Positions 61,540 through 64,000 of a stretch of 64,000 bases of DNA are shown piece by piece. Every line of letters starts with the position of its first letter. The stretch's first letter is position 1. Source of the stretch: Camelus ferus. Taxonomy: Eukaryota. The stretch covers positions 102,984,001-103,048,000 of the forward strand of contig NC_045696.1 in NCBI RefSeq assembly GCF_009834535.1, written 5' to 3'. The notes under the pieces were generated by a model. The model had not been told where the DNA came from, searched no databases, and saw only the letters and a program-made list of their open reading frames with translations. The position numbers were made by a program, and so were the translations under genes.

Positions 61540-63660
61540 TGTTGTTCATTTTATTGAGTGTTATAGATGCTGTGCTAGGCACTAGGTATTTGTAAGCACT
61601 TTAAAACATTACAAATTAGTGGGGAGAGAGAAACATCAGTTCAGTAAGTACAGTGATGTAGATAAGCCCTGTGGAAGGACACTTCTCTCAGCTTCTGTGT
61701 GGGGTGGGATGAGAGATGGAAGTGGGTGAGCAAGGGGTCAGTAAGGGCTTCTTGGAAATGATGTGTAGGCTGAGTCTTAAAATATGAATGATAGATAAAT
61801 AAAAGGAGGCAAGAATTTCCAAGTTGAAGCGTCTCTGTGGAGTTGGGAAGGAGTGTGGTGTATGCTAAAATGTCAGTTTTGGAATGACAGAGAAAAGACA
61901 GAGATTTGGGCAGAGGAGAGATAATCATAAGAGGGCCTTTTAAATTGCCCAAGATTGTTAGAGGATTTGAACCAGGGAAGTGCTATGGTCAGAGTGTTAT
62001 TTCAGCTTAATGACTATTGCAGTAGTGCAGGAAGAGTATGAAAGGGCTATGAATCAAGGCAAACAAGCCATTACTATTCACATGAGAAATACGGGCCTGA
62101 GTTTGGGGGTGCGGGATAGGGGGCTGTTACAGCAGAAATCAGCCATGACTGCTGGTGAAATAATGGTTTAGGTGATAATAACTATGGCTATGTAGGGAGG
62201 AAAAGAAAGTAAGGGCAGGTGGGGCTAATACAGCAGATTAAATTAGAAGTCAAGATTGGTGGGCTTCTTTTCAGGTGAAAAAGCGAGAGTATGGTGAGAG
62301 AATGGGAAAATGAGTAGCTTGTAGTCTTTGAGTGATTAGCCCTTTCCTGTCTTTGTTTTCCTTCTTGTCCAGCTTTGAGCCTCTTGTTTACTGTTAAAAT
62401 CATTCCTTCACAAGGATATTCAACTCTTGTCTTTCTCCCTCTGTGTTGTACTCACTTTGTAAGACTCCAACCCTGGTAAAACTCACCCATGTGCCTTCCC
62501 AGTAAACTACTGAACATTTCTGGAGAAAAATCACACAGTGGATTTTTAACTGGTTTTCCTTTAAGTTCATAATCTCAAACATCACTAACACTGCCTTCAG
62601 TCCTTTTGTGTTTCTCTGCTAATCCTACTTTCCCACTCTTAAAGATGACTGTTTCTTAGACTTTCTCTTTATTTCTCTGCTTCCACCTCACTTACTCTCA
62701 ACTGATGATCTTGCTTCGTTGTTCATCAGGAAAATTGAAGCCAAATGTCTACCAAATCTGAAAATACATTGACCCCTGCACCATATTCGATATCTTAACT
62801 TCCATTGCTTCTAAGGAAGGACCCTTTCCTGTCAAAATTCAGTCCTTCTACTTTTGTTCTTTTTTTTTTTTTTTAATGGAGGCATTGAGGATTGAACCCA
62901 GGACCTCATGCGTGCTAAATGTGCCCTGCTACTGAGCTATACCCTCCCCCTACTTCTGTTCTTGATTTCAAGAATTTCACTCCTTCAGATATTCCTGCCT
63001 GCTTTCTCCAGTATCATTAATTTCTCTTTCTCAGCCAGAGTACAGAGAGTACATAGATGTGCTCTGGTATTTCCTCTCTTAATTTTTTATGATTTCCTTG
63101 GTCTTACATTCTTTTTCAGATGCTTTCCATCTCTCTGGTTCCCTCCACAGCCAGTTTTAAAAGAATTGCCTGTCTTCTCCATATTCCTTCTTTACTTCCT
63201 ATTCACTCTTTGCCCATTTCAACAAGAGTTCTTTTTCCATTCCACTGACTCTACTCTTGCTATGAAAATCAGTGGCCCCCATGTTACCAAATCCAGTAAA
63301 TGTTTCCCAGTCCTCATTTTCTTAACCTCATAGCATCATTTGACCACTCCTCTTTTTGCTGACATTTGCTTTTCTTCCACAAACTCAGGGCTACCACATC
63401 CTCCAGGTTTCTTCAAACTGCTCTAATTCCTCCTCTGTTTCATTTGCTAGTTATTCCTTGTCTGTAAATATAGAAGCCCTCTAGTCTCCTTCCCCAGCCC
63501 TCTTCTTCTCTTCTCCTATTTATTTCCTAAATCATTTCCTCCTTTCCCCTGCCATTTTTGTGCTAATTTCTCCCAAATTTTTATCTTCAGCCTGAATATC
63601 TCCTTTGAACCCAGATTTAATGTCTTGGGTTTCTGGAAGGCATCTCAATACCAATATATT
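61540..63660. repeat. Two adjacent L2 remnants (minus strand to about 62330, then plus strand), the second interrupted by the SINE
   Basis: tgtgctaggcactagg (minus-strand 3' end); cagtcctcattttcttaacctcatagcatcatttgac (plus strand). Confidence 0.6.
62862..62949 (-). mobile_element. tRNA-Ala-derived SINE (camelid vic-1-like), second copy
   Basis: Reverse complement GGGGAGGGTATAGCTCAGTAG...GGGTTCAATCCTCAATGCCTCCATT followed by poly(A); 14-bp TSD with one mismatch (62848-62861 and 62950-62963). Confidence 0.85.
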
Positions 63661-64000
63661 AAAATGCTTGTTTAAAATTTAAGTTTTAAAATGCAATGAA
63701 ATGCTTATTAACTATACTCAACAGAATTTATCATGGATTGGATTTTTAAGAGTTCAGGACCTTGAGGTTCTTTACAGTTCTCCTTATCAACAAGTGTTAC
63801 TAGCGTAGATTTGTATTTAAGTGGGATAGAATGCTTGGAAATAAAGCTTGCAATTTTACTGTCAGTCTGCCTTGAAACAAATACTTATTGTTACTTTGAT
63901 AAAAAATTCTTGTATGTTCTTTTCCGGTGGTTTTATAGTTTTATTTCCAGTTGTGTTTTTTTCCTCATTTGATTGTTTGTTAATGATTGAACAAAGAAAT

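Noticed and set aside
1..64000. CRISPR array, operon, endogenous viral gene or other novel multi-gene system
   Set aside because: No regularly spaced repeats and no long unexplained ORFs. All credible coding sequence is ATR exons.

Overview
Mammalian genomic DNA, most likely a camelid, judged from two alanine-tRNA-derived vic-1-like SINEs and cetartiodactyl-type L1 3' ends. The window holds the 5' two-thirds of ATR (ATR serine/threonine kinase) on the + strand. It has a CpG-island promoter at about 14.8-15.4 kb and coding exons 1-28 (ATG at 15099 to 61482; 5040 nt, 1680 codons). All introns are GT-AG and the frame is intact throughout. The gene continues beyond the window, so the rest of the FAT domain and the kinase domain are absent. 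A second, divergent CpG island at about 4.1-4.6 kb carries a minus-strand splice donor and is probably the non-coding first exon of PLS1, inferred from mammalian synteny only. The remainder is intron or intergenic DNA rich in L1, L2, MIR, hAT-Charlie MITEs and LTR remnants. I found no evidence of a new multi-gene system. The points worth following up are small-scale: an Ala-to-Leu change in the BH3-like motif, a rare GAG acceptor, an A11 coding run, a structured intronic element before exon 26, a perfect 22-bp direct repeat, a CTCF site between the two promoters, and lineage-specific retro-insertions. All comparisons to human and mouse ATR and all repeat family names are from recall, not from an alignment or search run here.
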